DNA from: Pristiophorus japonicus
Lineage: Eukaryota
Assembly (NCBI RefSeq): GCF_044704955.1
Contig: NC_091979.1
Coordinates: forward strand, 276,148,001 to 276,212,000
DNA length: 64,000 nucleotides
Direction of reading: 5' to 3'
Below the pieces are notes generated by a model. That model saw nothing but the letters and a program-made list of their open reading frames with translations, made no database searches and was not told the origin of the DNA. The position numbers and the translations under genes are program-made. Of this stretch, positions 36,230-48,193 are shown in pieces. Numbering within the stretch: the stretch's first letter is position 1; each line of letters opens with the position of its first letter.

Positions 36230-36688
36230 GTAAGGCAGCTGCAACCACAGTATGGTAATAACACAAGTTCTTAAATTCTATTACAATATACCAGATCAGA
36301 AGTGAGGGAAAGAACAAAGCCTTTGTTTCACAAAATACTGCTTTTGTTTTTGATCTTCATCTGCATTGCTGGAATAGGTTGATGTACTCGAACAGAGTTG
36401 AGTTTGACTTTCAGATAAATTTAGATTCTTAGTTAGTCGACATTACCTTTTTCAACGATAATGTTACAAAGTAAGGAACTGTTCACATTTACTGTTATGT
36501 AGCTAAAAATATTTTTCTGAAGTAAATGCATAATTTATTTAGAATCAGCACTTCAACAGTGGAAAAATGTACCACAACTGTAATGGCAATTAAAAAAATG
36601 GAAATAAAAGCTTTGTATTTGTATGTTTGGCTTAGCATGGATATAGGCTTCACTGTATGTTATAACTGGATCATTTTATATTTTAAAG

Positions 36689-36781
36689 CAAGCTGAGATA
36701 TTGGATGGAAGTAGTGATGAAGACGACGAAGATGATGATGTCTTTGGGTTCATCACTGTTTTAAATCTGACTGAAAGAAAG
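36689..36781 (+). CDS. BCCIP: BCCIP exon 4 (QAEILDGSSDEDDEDDDVFGFITVLNLTERK), GC donor
   Basis: VFGFI..LNLTERK motif; exon ends AAG|GCAAGT. Confidence 0.93.
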
Positions 36782-38158
36782 GCAAGTACATCATGCTATA
36801 ACTGAGTTGACCAGAAAGCTGCATTATGTTTGGGATTGAGTTATTCATCATGCTGGATTTGCATGTAAATGATAGCTTAGAAGTTTTTATGTTAGCCAGT
36901 TATTACTTGTTTCTCAATTATTGGAGACCGTGACTAAGCTCAATCTTTAGGTTCATGGAATATAGGGCATGTATCAAGTTGCTGTGATCGAAATTTCCTT
37001 GGTGCTTTGCCCTGGAGACAGACAATGCAACTATTTTGTAAAGTGCTGTTCTCTCCTCCTGTAGCATGCAAACTGATCTTAATTTTGGCAAAATCTTTGG
37101 AAACTAGAATTGTGCCAAGGGCTGGGGGCTACAAATGTTACATCCCTGTTCAGAAAGAGAAAAGTATAAGACAGGAAATTATAAGTCAATTGGTTTTACT
37201 TTCATTGTAGGTAAACTTCTAGAGTTCATTTAGGATGAAATTAGTGAATACTTAAGACATGGACTAATTAGGGACAGTCAACATAGATTTGTAAAGGCAG
37301 GTAATGCATGACCAATGTAATTAACTTTATGTTCTTGTATTTCGGGAAAATAGTCAAGAACAATTGGTTTTGTGCAGTTCAAAGTACAAAAACAAACTAG
37401 TTCAGAAATGACACACAGTAGAAGCTCAATCTAGCTAGATTCTTAAGTTCAAGAAATGTACTGCTATGAAGAAATGATGCGAGTGGAGGAATAAATGGAC
37501 AGTGAGTCTTTAAGAAAATTCTCAAACTAGGAAGCGAGGGGAAGTAGACTGAGAATTAAGGATGGGTTGGAGAACGCTATGTGAGGTAGGTGCTGTGAAA
37601 ACTTAAATTGTACCGATTAACTTTTATTACCTACTTATAGATGTGATGATTTTCCTTTCAGATGTTCATGAAATAATAAACCATTTACAAAGACATTATA
37701 ATTATTAAAAACCAGTCTGACCAAATTGAATAAATTTGCTTAAATTATGGTCGCAGCACTCATCATTTTGATTTGCGCATTCTCCAAAGCTAAATTAACA
37801 TCCACTGTATGCACTCCAGTGGGGAAGGTTTTCTGTGCTCTATGCGTCATGAAAGTGTAATGTTAAATGAATAGAAAGCAGAAACCAATAATATAAATGT
37901 CTTCAATACTATTTATTTCCCTAATAGCTTTCAAAATAAGCATAGTGTTTCTTCCATGTAACTGCTACAATAAACTTTCCAAGCCACTGCATATCGAATA
38001 ATAGTAACCTTTTCAATAACTTGAATGATTTGTTTGCAAGTTTTTCTGAACATTGTGCACCATTTCATTATGCTTTTTTATAGTTTGTGAATTGTTTTTT
38101 TAATATACAGGAACAGTATAAATCACTGTATGGCTGACTGCCTTTTTGTGATCTCTAG

Positions 38159-38343
38159 GGAACTGAGTCTGTTGAACAGATTAAAGAATTGGTTCAGAGC
38201 CAGTGTGAGACCCATCACCAGAGTGCAGCTGAGCAGCTGGACAAAATACTAAATGACAACAGCAAGCCGGTCAGCTTTCTCATCAGTGAGCGTTTCATTA
38301 ATGTGCCACCTCAGATCTCTCTGCCCTTGCACAAGCAACTCCA
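38159..38343 (+). CDS. BCCIP: BCCIP exon 5 (GTESVEQIKELV...ISERFINVPPQISLPLHKQLQ)
   Basis: SERFINVPPQI signature; tag acceptor and GTAAGG donor. Confidence 0.96.
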
Positions 38344-39152
38344 GTAAGGACCCCATACTGAGCTATTATGTTGTAATAAAAGGCCTATTTGTGAACAATC
38401 TGAGGGGGGGAACCTGATAAATTTCTAATCTAGTGACATAAATTAATACAGTAGAACTGGTTAAATGAGATGTGTCTCATTAACAGAAACAATGTATTGA
38501 TTCATGTTTGGAGTAGACTGCTGTTCAGAAAATACTGTGATAATTGTACTTACTAGATAATGATATGCATTCCATAAGAACTTGTAAGCAGTTAAGACAA
38601 AAGGCATGTTTGTTAGGTGGCCTAAATCTATACTTTGCACTCTTAACTCTAGGCTGCTATATCTGAATGTGGACCAGCAATGTATTACTGATGTATAGGG
38701 ATTAGATTTAATTTTTGTAACTTTAAAGGAGCTGTTTAAGTATTTTTTAAGTGTGTGTTGGCTCATTTTTAACTCAACTACTCCCATCTTCCCTGCGCCT
38801 TCTGATTAAGGTAGAGTAAACGTCACCAAAGACAGTCAATTGATGAATGCTTTCTAATGCAAATCTGCATGTAGGAAAAATATTTCTCTTTCTCGCTCGC
38901 CCACTCCTCACTAGCCCAAAAATCTACTAGCTAATCCTATGGTGATACTAGTGAATTAAGGCTGGTGGTGAGGGAGAATTTAAAAATTATGTATAATGTT
39001 ATTTGCAAGATAGCACACTGCTGTATTGTAATGCCTTGTTAAAAGAATTGCACTTTAGTTTGCCATCCCATTTGTATATAGTGTATTTAGCTCATGGAAT
39101 TTGTCCTCGTATTGTTGTTTTTTGATTCCCATACTATTTTGAATGTGTTTAG

Positions 39153-39324
39153 GGCTGAATTGATTGATGCCCAGAAGACCAATAAACCTTGTGGCAAGAG
39201 CCATTATTACCTTATGATTAGCAAAGCCTGTGTGGAAGTAGGAAAGAAAAACAAGCCACAGCAAAAGGGCAAGCAGAAAGAAGAATTACTGTTTGCAAAT
39301 GCAGAAGATGAGTTCTTCTATGAG
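39153..39324 (+). CDS. BCCIP: BCCIP exon 6 (AELIDAQKTNKPCGK...LLFANAEDEFFYE)
   Basis: Lies within ORF 39094..39375; FANAE.EFFYE motif; GTGAGT donor. Confidence 0.96.
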
Positions 39325-39612
39325 GTGAGTTCCTCCCCCCTTGACCTAAAAAAAACTTTGTATTTGGTAGGTTAGATCAAGCTTAGCAAGGAAGTGAATG
39401 AAGTTGTATGTTGAAGCTGGTTATCACAAATGTTTTTAGTGCATGGCTGAGTTTCATGTTTAACGAGATCTGCAAATGAGGAAAACATTTTAACAATGGA
39501 GATGTTTCCATTACCATTTATTTAAACTGAAGAAATGCATCATTTTTATTTTGTTTATTTTAGTATTGTTAGTTTTGACTTTCCAGTTCTAAATGATCTG
39601 CTTTCATTCTAG

Positions 39613-39783
39613 CAAGCTGTTATGAAATTCAGCTACTCCGTGGAAGAGGAGACCGACAGCTGTCTGTCTGGACGCTGGTCTTTCAGTGATGTTCCGATGA
39701 AACCTCTTCGCACAGTTATGCTAATTCCTGCTGACCGCATAAATGCAGTTATGGACAAACTCAAAGAATACCTATCGATATAA
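39613..39783 (+). CDS. BCCIP: BCCIP exon 7, beta-type C-terminus (QAVMKFSYSVEEETDSCLSGRWSFSDVPMKPLRTVMLIPADRINAVMDKLKEYLSI*)
   Basis: Matches the BCCIP-beta end (MDKLKEYLSV); total CDS 894 nt = 297 aa. Confidence 0.96.
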   Translation, partial: QAVMKFSYSVEEETDSCLSGRWSFSDVPMKPLRTVMLIPADRINAVMDKLKEYLSI

Positions 39784-39913
39784 CCAACTGTAACTATAGA
39801 AATCATTCATTTTGGGTAAATAAATTGGACTATGAAGGTTCAAACTGTAAATATTGTGCAATTATTTTATCCTATTTTAGTATTGAGATGTGAATGAAAC
39901 CTTTGAATAGAAA

Positions 39914-39919
39914 AATAAA
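39914..39919 (+). terminator. Candidate BCCIP poly(A) signal AATAAA (another at 39819-39824)
   Basis: AATAAA ~130 nt after the stop codon, followed by GT/T-rich sequence. Confidence 0.6.
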
Positions 39920-39947
39920 TAACTACTTGTGATGTTTCGATCTAGAT

Positions 39948-39953
39948 TTTATT
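39948..39953 (-). terminator. Candidate DHX32 poly(A) signal AATAAA
   Basis: TTTATT on the plus strand ~230 nt past the DHX32 stop codon. Confidence 0.55.
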
Positions 39954-40179
39954 TAGACAAAGGAATATTAAAACTTTTAGACAAAGTAATCCATCTGGGC
40001 TAAAATTTAACCAGCATAGAGAAACTATGGAGTCAGCTCTAAACAAGATTAAAGCCTTTCAAATCCCTGGTGAGGCTTTGTGCGACTTTACACCACAACA
40101 TGTAAACATAGTAAGCTTTTGGCCCTTATTATTGTTTGCATCATTTTGCCCAATCCAGAAATCGTGAAAGTTAGTCTTA

Positions 40180-40375
40180 TCATTGAATGGCACATCTGTC
40201 TTCATTCTGGTGGCTAAGGTTTTCTTCTGGTTTCTCGTTCTCTTTGCTTGTTACATGTTGCTCCTCTCCATCTGTTGGCAATTTTGAGAAGTGATCAATA
40301 ATTTTCTGCAGGAGTTCCTTGCTCTCACTGGGGGGTAGGTTACTGAAGTAGTACTGAGGAGCCAGCTGCACAAAC
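40180..40375 (-). CDS. DHX32: DHX32 last exon (FVQLAPQYYFSNLPPSESKELLQ...DRCAIQ*)
   Basis: PQYYFSNLPPSESK motif; total CDS 2286 nt = 761 aa. Confidence 0.95.
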
Positions 40376-40845
40376 CTGCAGAAAAAATTTTTGCAAGTGC
40401 CAGATTAGGAAACTGATATCACAAACCCGCCTTGAAGTAGTTATGTGTTTTGAGGCGGCTTTGCTCCACCAAAATGTTTAATTTCTGGGACTAAATTGTT
40501 AATCAGAGATCTGAAGGCACACAGCGCAAGCAACTATCTCTGAACTTATCGGTCGCTGCCGACTGCAACTATTCAGGCATATTGCCTGATCAGATGAGAT
40601 CTTTTAACAAAGGGAGCCCTTCAGGCACCACAATCAAGGTTCCCTCAGGAGTGGTGTAGACCTCGCGGCCACCCAGAAACCACATGGAGTCACCTTTTTA
40701 AAACAAAACCTCAGCTTGCACACTGCAAGAGAGAGAAGGCTGGAAACCTCTCACCCCCACCACCACCAGTGGTGGAGTAGTTGATTTAGTAGGAGTAATG
40801 AATTTTGTGTTGTGGTGTGGTACGGGAGACGGTGTTACTCTTCAG

Positions 40846-41132
40846 ACATCTGGGAGTCTCTGGCCAAAGACCGCCCTAAGTGGAGGAAGTGCATCTGGGA
40901 GGGCGCTGAGCACCTCGAGTCTCATCACCGAGAGCATGCAGAAAACAAGCGCATGCAGCGGAAAGAGCGTGCGGCAAATCTGTCCCACCCTCCCTTACCC
41001 TCAACGACTATCTGTCCCACCTGTGATGGGGACTCTGGTTCTCGTATTGGACTGGTCAGCCATCTAAGGACTCATATTTTAAGAGTGGAAGCAAGTCTTC
41101 CTCGATTCCGAGGGACTGCCTATGATTGATTG
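40846..41132 (+). mobile_element. RTE-clade LINE 3' fragment
   Basis: WESLAKDRPKWRK peptide and CxxC-H tail; TSD ACTCTTCAG at 40837-40845 and 41133-41141. Confidence 0.88.
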
Positions 41133-41925
41133 ACTCTTCAGCGCAGTACGATGACATTTTGGTTCCATGGACCAATAACTGAGCCAAGGATAATGTGCTA
41201 GACCCCTTCTTGGAGATAATCAGAAAGTCATCTAGTTTATAAAAACAGGTCTGTGAGCCCATCAGATAAAATGAGGAAGGGTTGTAGTGCAGAGATGGGA
41301 GGGGAATAATTTAGGGAGTATTCATTCGTGACAAATGCAGAATTTTAGAAATGTTTATAACTTATTGTGGATCGTAGATTTTAATGTGCACTTTGAAATA
41401 TGGGTACATTGCACAGTAGGGCTGTGTTTTTTAAATCTCTTCGTAATGGAGTGTAAAACAGCATTAATATCACACAATAACTTTTGGCTTGAAATTAAAT
41501 TATTTAACTCAAGCAATATGGTGGTTTGAGCAAGTGCTTGTAAATTTGATTTGGTGAGAGGGTTTTCATATCCTAACCAAGTCTTTGCACTCAATTGTGC
41601 GATCTCTGTTCTTTCATTGGCTGCTAGGAAGCATACAGATGATTAGTGAGGGAAGTGAAAAAGCTTCAATCCCTCTCTCACATTGTAAAAGATGGACTTT
41701 TTTAGCAGTAGTTATGGTAATGGCTGCTTTAACCTGCAGCTAGCTTAAAAAAATTACAATGATCTAATTTTGTGCAATCCACACTCCAATTAGCAATACA
41801 TTCCAATACTGAAGTAATGATGTTCTTTAGGGTCTTTGATAAGATTTTTATCTTTGTAAGACTATTCCTCTGCACAAGCAGGCATTCCATTATTAGCTAT
41901 CTCTGAAGCTTTCAACCTGTGACTA

Positions 41926-42272
41926 GTGTCAGCTATAGCTCAGTGGGTAGCACTCTTGCCTCTATCAGAAGGTAGTGGGTTCAAGTTCACTCTGGAGCCT
42001 GGAGTACAAAAATCTAGGCTAACACAGTGCTGCACTGTCGGAGATGTTGTCTTTTGGATGAGAAGTTAAACTGAGGCCCCATCTGCTCTTTTGGGTAAAA
42101 GATCTCATGGTACTATTTCGAAGAAGAGCAGGGGAGTTTTTCCTGGTGTTCTGGCCAATATTATCCCTTAATCAACATTACGAAAACAGATTATCTGGTC
42201 ATAATCACATTGCTGTTTGTGGGGCCTTGCTATGCACAAATTGGCTACTGCATTTCCTACATTACAACAGTG
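41926..42272 (+). mobile_element. Deu-domain SINE
   Basis: tRNA-like head plus a central core matching the copy at 1822-2098. Confidence 0.78.
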
Positions 42273-42399
42273 GTGGTGGGGGTTGGGGGGAACAGAGGGA
42301 CGCGTGGGGAGGAAGGTCCATTTGGGGTTGAGTAGTTGGCCAAGCTGTATATCTCTGACTTAGACCAAACGTAATAGAATCAAAGCCACAGTACAAACA

Positions 42400-43150
42400 G
42401 GAACTGAAGAGGATTCCTTCCTTTTGTCACGATTAAGTTGCAAGGGAATAGGGTTTCATCCTGGTCTTGATGTTGAACAGGTATATTAGTGTCTCAATAG
42501 CCTTTGGATCAATGGAGATGGGGAGGAGTAAATCTGAGTCAGTTTCTAAAAAGAGGAGCAGACCATGAAAGATTCTGCAGGTGCCTGCAGCCACAGGAGG
42601 AGGAGGCATTGGAAGCAATTCACTGCAACAGATATAGTGGAAAGAAAGAGTGTGCACACCATAAAGGTGAAGTGATTTGACTGTTTCAAAGGCAGTAGGG
42701 ATGTCAAGAATGAGAGATGTTGAGCAGCGATTATATATAGTCACACAAGGTTTTTGACTGATTAGTTTCAGTGCAATTAATAGGATAGAAGCTACATTGA
42801 AATGTATTTTTGAGGCAGCAATGCATAGAGACTTTGGAAAGAATGGGAAGCTTGAAGATAAGAGTTGTCGTTGGAAAGAATGGAGAAACTAAGATTTTTT
42901 GTTGAAATGGTCAGGAGGTGTGAGTGTCATGGGCATGACTACGGTACTAAGGTTGGGGAGGAGAAAGAAGATGTAGCATAAGGGATGGAGGACTAGAGAT
43001 CAAGACAATGGGAAACGAGTAGATGGAGGTGAAATGGCCTTTATTTTGGATTGCTAGCAGTTCTAAACTGAGGATGTCGGAAGCTCTCCGGCTCTTGAAA
43101 TAGTTGTCAAATTTTACTATGATTGGGAAGTAATGGTTAACTGCAGATTG
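42400..43150 (-). mobile_element. Old L2/CR1-type LINE remnant
   Basis: Decayed RT-like peptide (LILDIPTAFETV); purine-rich plus strand. Confidence 0.4.
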
Positions 43151-43403
43151 TGAAATCAAGATTCAGTTCTGGGAGTTTCCCATACATTATTGTTCAAAGT
43201 AATCAGCAGAAAACCAAGAAATCTTTGTTCTGAGGCAGCAATGCATCTTGAGGTTGAGGGGCTATTGATGAGCGATTCCAGCTTTGCTCTCAGTTTATTT
43301 CCTTTCAACCCCTTGAATAGTGCAGGTGAACTTGTACAATTAAATGCCAAAATTACTATTTGAAGGCAATACAGATGTGACACACCCAATTATAATACAT
43401 GTA

Positions 43404-44712
43404 CCGTATGTACTCGCGTATCCTGCGATCTCGCGTATCATGCGACCCCTAAATTTTCGTCCCCAAAACATGATTTTACCATATATCTCATGTATCATGC
43501 GAGTCACTTTTTTGAGATCGAATACAGACCTTAACATGAAACATCGAGTGGATTCTGCTCTCTCTCAGTGCTCTCTCTCAGTGCTCTCTCTCAGTGCTCT
43601 CTCTCAGTGCTCTCTCTCTCTGTGCTCTCTCTCTCTGTGCTCTCTCTCAGTGCTCTCTCTCAGTGCTCTCTCTCAGTGCTCTCTCTCTCTGTGCTCTCTC
43701 TCTGTGCTCTCTCTCTGTGCTCTCTCTCCGTGCTCTCTCTCCGTGCTCTCTTCCCCCCCCCCCGACCTCCGCGACTCTCTCTCTCCCCCCCCCCCCCCCC
43801 CCGACCTCCGCGACTCTCTCTCTCCCCACCCCCCCCCCCCCCGACCTCCGCGACTCTCTCTTCCCCCCCCACCCCCCCGACCTCCGCGACTCTCTCTTCC
43901 CCCCCCGATCTCCGTGACTCTCTCTTCCCCCTCCGCGACACTCTCTCTTCCCCCTCCGCAACTCTCTCTTTCTCCCCCCCCCCGACCTCCGCGACTCTCT
44001 CTCTTTCCCCCCCCCCCCCGATCTCCGCGACTCTCTTCCCCCCCCCGACCTCCACAACTCTCTCTTACCCCCCCGACCTCCGCGACTCTCTCTTCCCCCC
44101 GCGACTCTCTCTCTCCCCCCCCGACCTCCGCGACTCTCTTCCCCCCCCCCCCCCCGCGACTCTCTCCTCCCCCCCCCCCCCCCCGACCTCTGCGACTCTC
44201 TCTTTCCCCCCCCCCCCCGACCTCCGCGACTCTCTCTCCCCCCCGACCTCCGCGACTCTCTCTCCCCCCCGACCTCCACGACTCTCTTCCCCCCCCCCCC
44301 CGACCTCCGCGACACTCTCTCCCCCTGAAGAGAAGAATTTCAGCAGGAGTCAAATGGATTTTTTTTTTGCATTGGGAGGATGTAGTTAGTGGCGTGCTGC
44401 AGGAACTTGGCTTGTTTTCCACATAAACTAATGATTTGGTCATGTGTATCGAGGAACTAATATCAACCAGGGATATTCGATTTACAACCATCATGGAGAG
44501 TGAGAGGAGAAACCAAGAGAAATGTCTTTACATAGAGGATTGTTGGAGCATGCCGAGATTCAGCGTGGATACTGTCTGCTTAACAGCCTAACAGCCTAAT
44601 CTTGGCCAGCACTTCACACCCGCAAATTTTGTATCTCGCGTATCATGCGACCCCCCAAATTTAGGTTACAATTTAGGTCTTCAAAAGTCGCATGATATGT
44701 GAGTATATACGG
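43404..44712. mobile_element. pogo-type non-autonomous element carrying pyrimidine-rich tandem repeats and CR1 scraps
   Basis: TIRs CCGTATGTACTCGCGTATCCTGCGA and TCGCATGATATGTGAGTATATACGG; TA TSD at 43402-43403 and 44713-44714; subterminal tctcgcgtatcatgcgacccc at both ends. Confidence 0.85.
43555..44325. repeat. (gtgctctctctca)n array followed by a (c)n-gacctccgcgactctctc array
   Basis: Read directly; strongly strand-asymmetric. Confidence 0.95.
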
Positions 44713-44764
44713 TATATAAACAAGTACTCTGGACTCATCAGGAATTTAGTTAAGTTACACTTAC

Positions 44765-44946
44765 ATTTCAGGTAACACATCTGAGATGATCCTAATGCAG
44801 TTGTTCTCAGATATTGTAAATTCATGGAACAAAACCCATTCTGGTTTTAATCTTGTGGAACAGTAGCTTGAAAAAGGGTGCAGCTGTGCTACATGTTTGT
44901 GTGTTAGCATGACATAGTTCCCTAATCCATCAACATCTCGAGCAGT
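44765..44946 (-). CDS. DHX32: DHX32 exon 10 (TARDVDGLGNYVMLTHKHVAQLHPFS...PEWVLFHEFTISENNCIRIISDVLPE)
   Basis: OB-fold motifs QLHP and PEWVLFHEF; cag acceptor and GTAAGT donor. Confidence 0.95.
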
Positions 44947-45479
44947 CTGGAAATAGGAGGGTTACATTAATCTGATGAGTTTCTGCAATTCTCAACTGGA
45001 TTAAAAATCCTTACACCATCACTAAATGTGATGTACAAATAGACTAATGCAATTCTAGCCTACAGTTTCAGTCATGAAAACATTTTTACTTCAACACATA
45101 AATATTGCCAATTTGTGTATCAAAACTGAGCAATATTCAAACACATTTGATATATGTGAAGAGGAATTTGGTCATTTATTGGTCAGGCTTTTAGGAGGAA
45201 AATAAACAATTGACTAGCTGTATCTCAACATACAGCAAGTGAACCAAAACCAAAAGTACAGTGACATGACAAAGGATGCAGCGAGGTTTACGCAAAAGTC
45301 CAAGGGAAATACAAAGTATTGCTGCAGTCCTTAACTATAGAGAGGAGCTATATATCACTTTATTACTTGTCACAATGCTATAGGAATCTCACAATTCACC
45401 CAGTACTTTTAAATATAAAATTCCATTTTAGAAGAGGTCAGTAATGCAATTATAGAATGATGGTGAAAAAAGTCTTTAC

Positions 45480-45670
45480 CTGCATGAAATAGCCAGACAG
45501 CAAAGCTCTTTTCACATTCAGTGAATTCTTGTGTGTGCCAAAAGAAGGTTTTGAAATGGGGAGCTCAATACGCAGCATAATGTCCAGTAGCTCAGCTCGG
45601 ATGGCATCTGCTGTCCTCAGAGCAGAGCAGTTCAAAAAGTTGTCATGGCACCATTTTTCATCTTCATTGA
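45480..45670 (-). CDS. DHX32: DHX32 exon 9 (EKWCHDNFLNCSALRTAD...RALLSGYFMQ)
   Basis: WC..NFLN and ALLSGYFMQ motifs; AG/GT boundaries. Confidence 0.95.
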
Positions 45671-45902
45671 CTACACGAGAGTGAAACCAGATCCATTAGA
45701 ACAGCAGGATGTTTTTTTTTAAAGAATTAAGTATGACAGAAGATGGCTAGGGAGTCAAGTCAACCATATCAAAATAAAGAATTTCTTCAATATGTAAAAC
45801 AAGTTTAAAAAGAAAATTTTATGCTAAAGAGAATTATTTTCAAGGATTAGCTAAAGGATTCCTCCCAACACTGTTCCCTCAAATATTTTATAGTTTACTT
45901 AC

Positions 45903-46052
45903 ATTGGCTTGATGAGATCAGCTTGCTCTGCTTGAATGTACTGTAAACATTTATGAGGGTAAAGTGATCACCCTCTGGATGCAAGAATTTCCGCCGACAA
46001 GTGCGTGCAACTTCCTCTGAACCAGGAGGTGGATCCAAGAAACAAAAGGGAG
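45903..46052 (-). CDS. DHX32: DHX32 exon 8 (APFCFLDPPPG...FLHPEGDHFTLINVYSTFK)
   Basis: HPEGDHFTLINVY motif; aag acceptor and GTAAGT donor. Confidence 0.95.
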
Positions 46053-46436
46053 CTTTACAAAAGAGAAAATACAGGAAACATTTACAGCAGTTGCTTTTTG
46101 GTGCAATTTGTCATTCTGTTATGTTAATGATTCTGTTTTAAGTACATTAAAGCTTTGTTTAAATCTTCCAAGAATATATTTAAATATCTTTTCAAAATTT
46201 GAAATTGGATACATTCTTCCATATATTGTATGAATGTTTTGTACATCTATCTTCTAGCACACCTTTGAAATGGCAAATGAAAGCCGATAATACAATTAAA
46301 TAGCAATGTCTAATTTCTTGAACTTTTTAAAGCAGAATGAGTCTATAAGACAATGTGTTACAATAGCTTACTATAGTACAAAAAATATTTGATTGTCATG
46401 TCTATAAATCTTCCAAAAATAAAAGTAATGTAATCA

Positions 46437-46808
<372 letters not shown>

Positions 46809-48193
46809 TCATTATGTATTGGCTGTCAAATTCATTTTAAATCCTAGACATTGTATTCATATAGCATTCTACAATCTATGTGCCCATCAGCCATCTCTTT
46901 CTACAGTTCTATGATGAATGATAAGTATCTCACCAAAGCCTTATTTTAATCTGCCAAGTCAGAGAGCTGGTGATAGTAAATTACTTTTGCTGGGTTGTTG
47001 CAAAATGTGAACAGCTAATCGGTTACTGGGAATTAAATGAAACTGCCAGGAATCAACCACTCACAAGGGTGTTTGTGAATGCTAATTGATTGAGATTTAA
47101 GCCATAACATTTCAGTTTGCACCAGACCCAATCCCAGAACCAATGACATTTAACTATGCAGCATCAAAATCTAATTGGGGGGGGGGGGGATTGATCTAAA
47201 CAACATCAAGCAATAAAAGCATTTCATTTAAAAATAATAAACTCAATATAATTCACCTTTTCACTTTTTCTACAAGTGATTAGGATTATTCTCGTAACAT
47301 TTTCCCTCTCAAGCTATATGTGCAATTATTAGGTAAATTGGATCATTTTATGCAGTTGTGCAGGAAACTACTAACTTACATTTTTTGGTATCTTGGGGTA
47401 TATTCAGCAGCTTAAAGTCTTAACTCTGTGTACAATTTGTGAACCTATGCAATCATTTCTAATTTCTGCTGCATTTAACAATTTGAAAGACTTGGCATAC
47501 GTCATAGATAGAGGGTACAGTATATGCTCAGCTGGCCCAGACAAAGTAAGCCAATACACTCATAACAATGGCTTTAGTACTGCTGTGTCAATCAGGGTGC
47601 AGCTGACAGAATTTAATGAAAGTAAGTCTATAAATTTTCAGAATAGAAGACACAGTTTTCAATAGGCTATAACAGGCTTGAATCAGTCTGTCTAAATCAG
47701 GCAACATTGCTTTTGCACACTTAGAAATGTTTCATATATAATTTTACTTCAAAACTTGCAGCTAATCAAAATTTCTGATTTTCAGCATTGCATCATGTTT
47801 TGGTTATGTGGAAAGCGTCAGAGGATTTGTGCAATACAAACAAGGCTGCATTGTGGAAATAGAATTAATAAAAAATGCAGAGAAAGCTAAAATTCAGCCA
47901 TCAGAATTAAAATACAATGCAAATACTGTCTGCCAGTGTATTTTGTGAGATTTCAATAACTACTGGTTCAGTACAAAGCAGATGTCTCCAATGATCATTT
48001 CCTTTTCTTTCAGGTCAATTGAATAATCTACCTGCAGATCAAATATGCTTATGATATTTATTAATAGATAAGCATTTTATTTTTAAAGCTTTTAGGGTTA
48101 GATTATCGCACATTGGCTAAAAATGTTAGGAACTAAGTTTTTAGAAATACAGTCGTATCTAAAAAATTGTGTGATAAATTTGTTAGGAATTAT

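Noticed and set aside
43344-44494. 360-aa and 273-aa Pro/Ser/Leu-rich, extensin-like ORFs
   Set aside because: Products of low-complexity C/T repeats inside a MITE.
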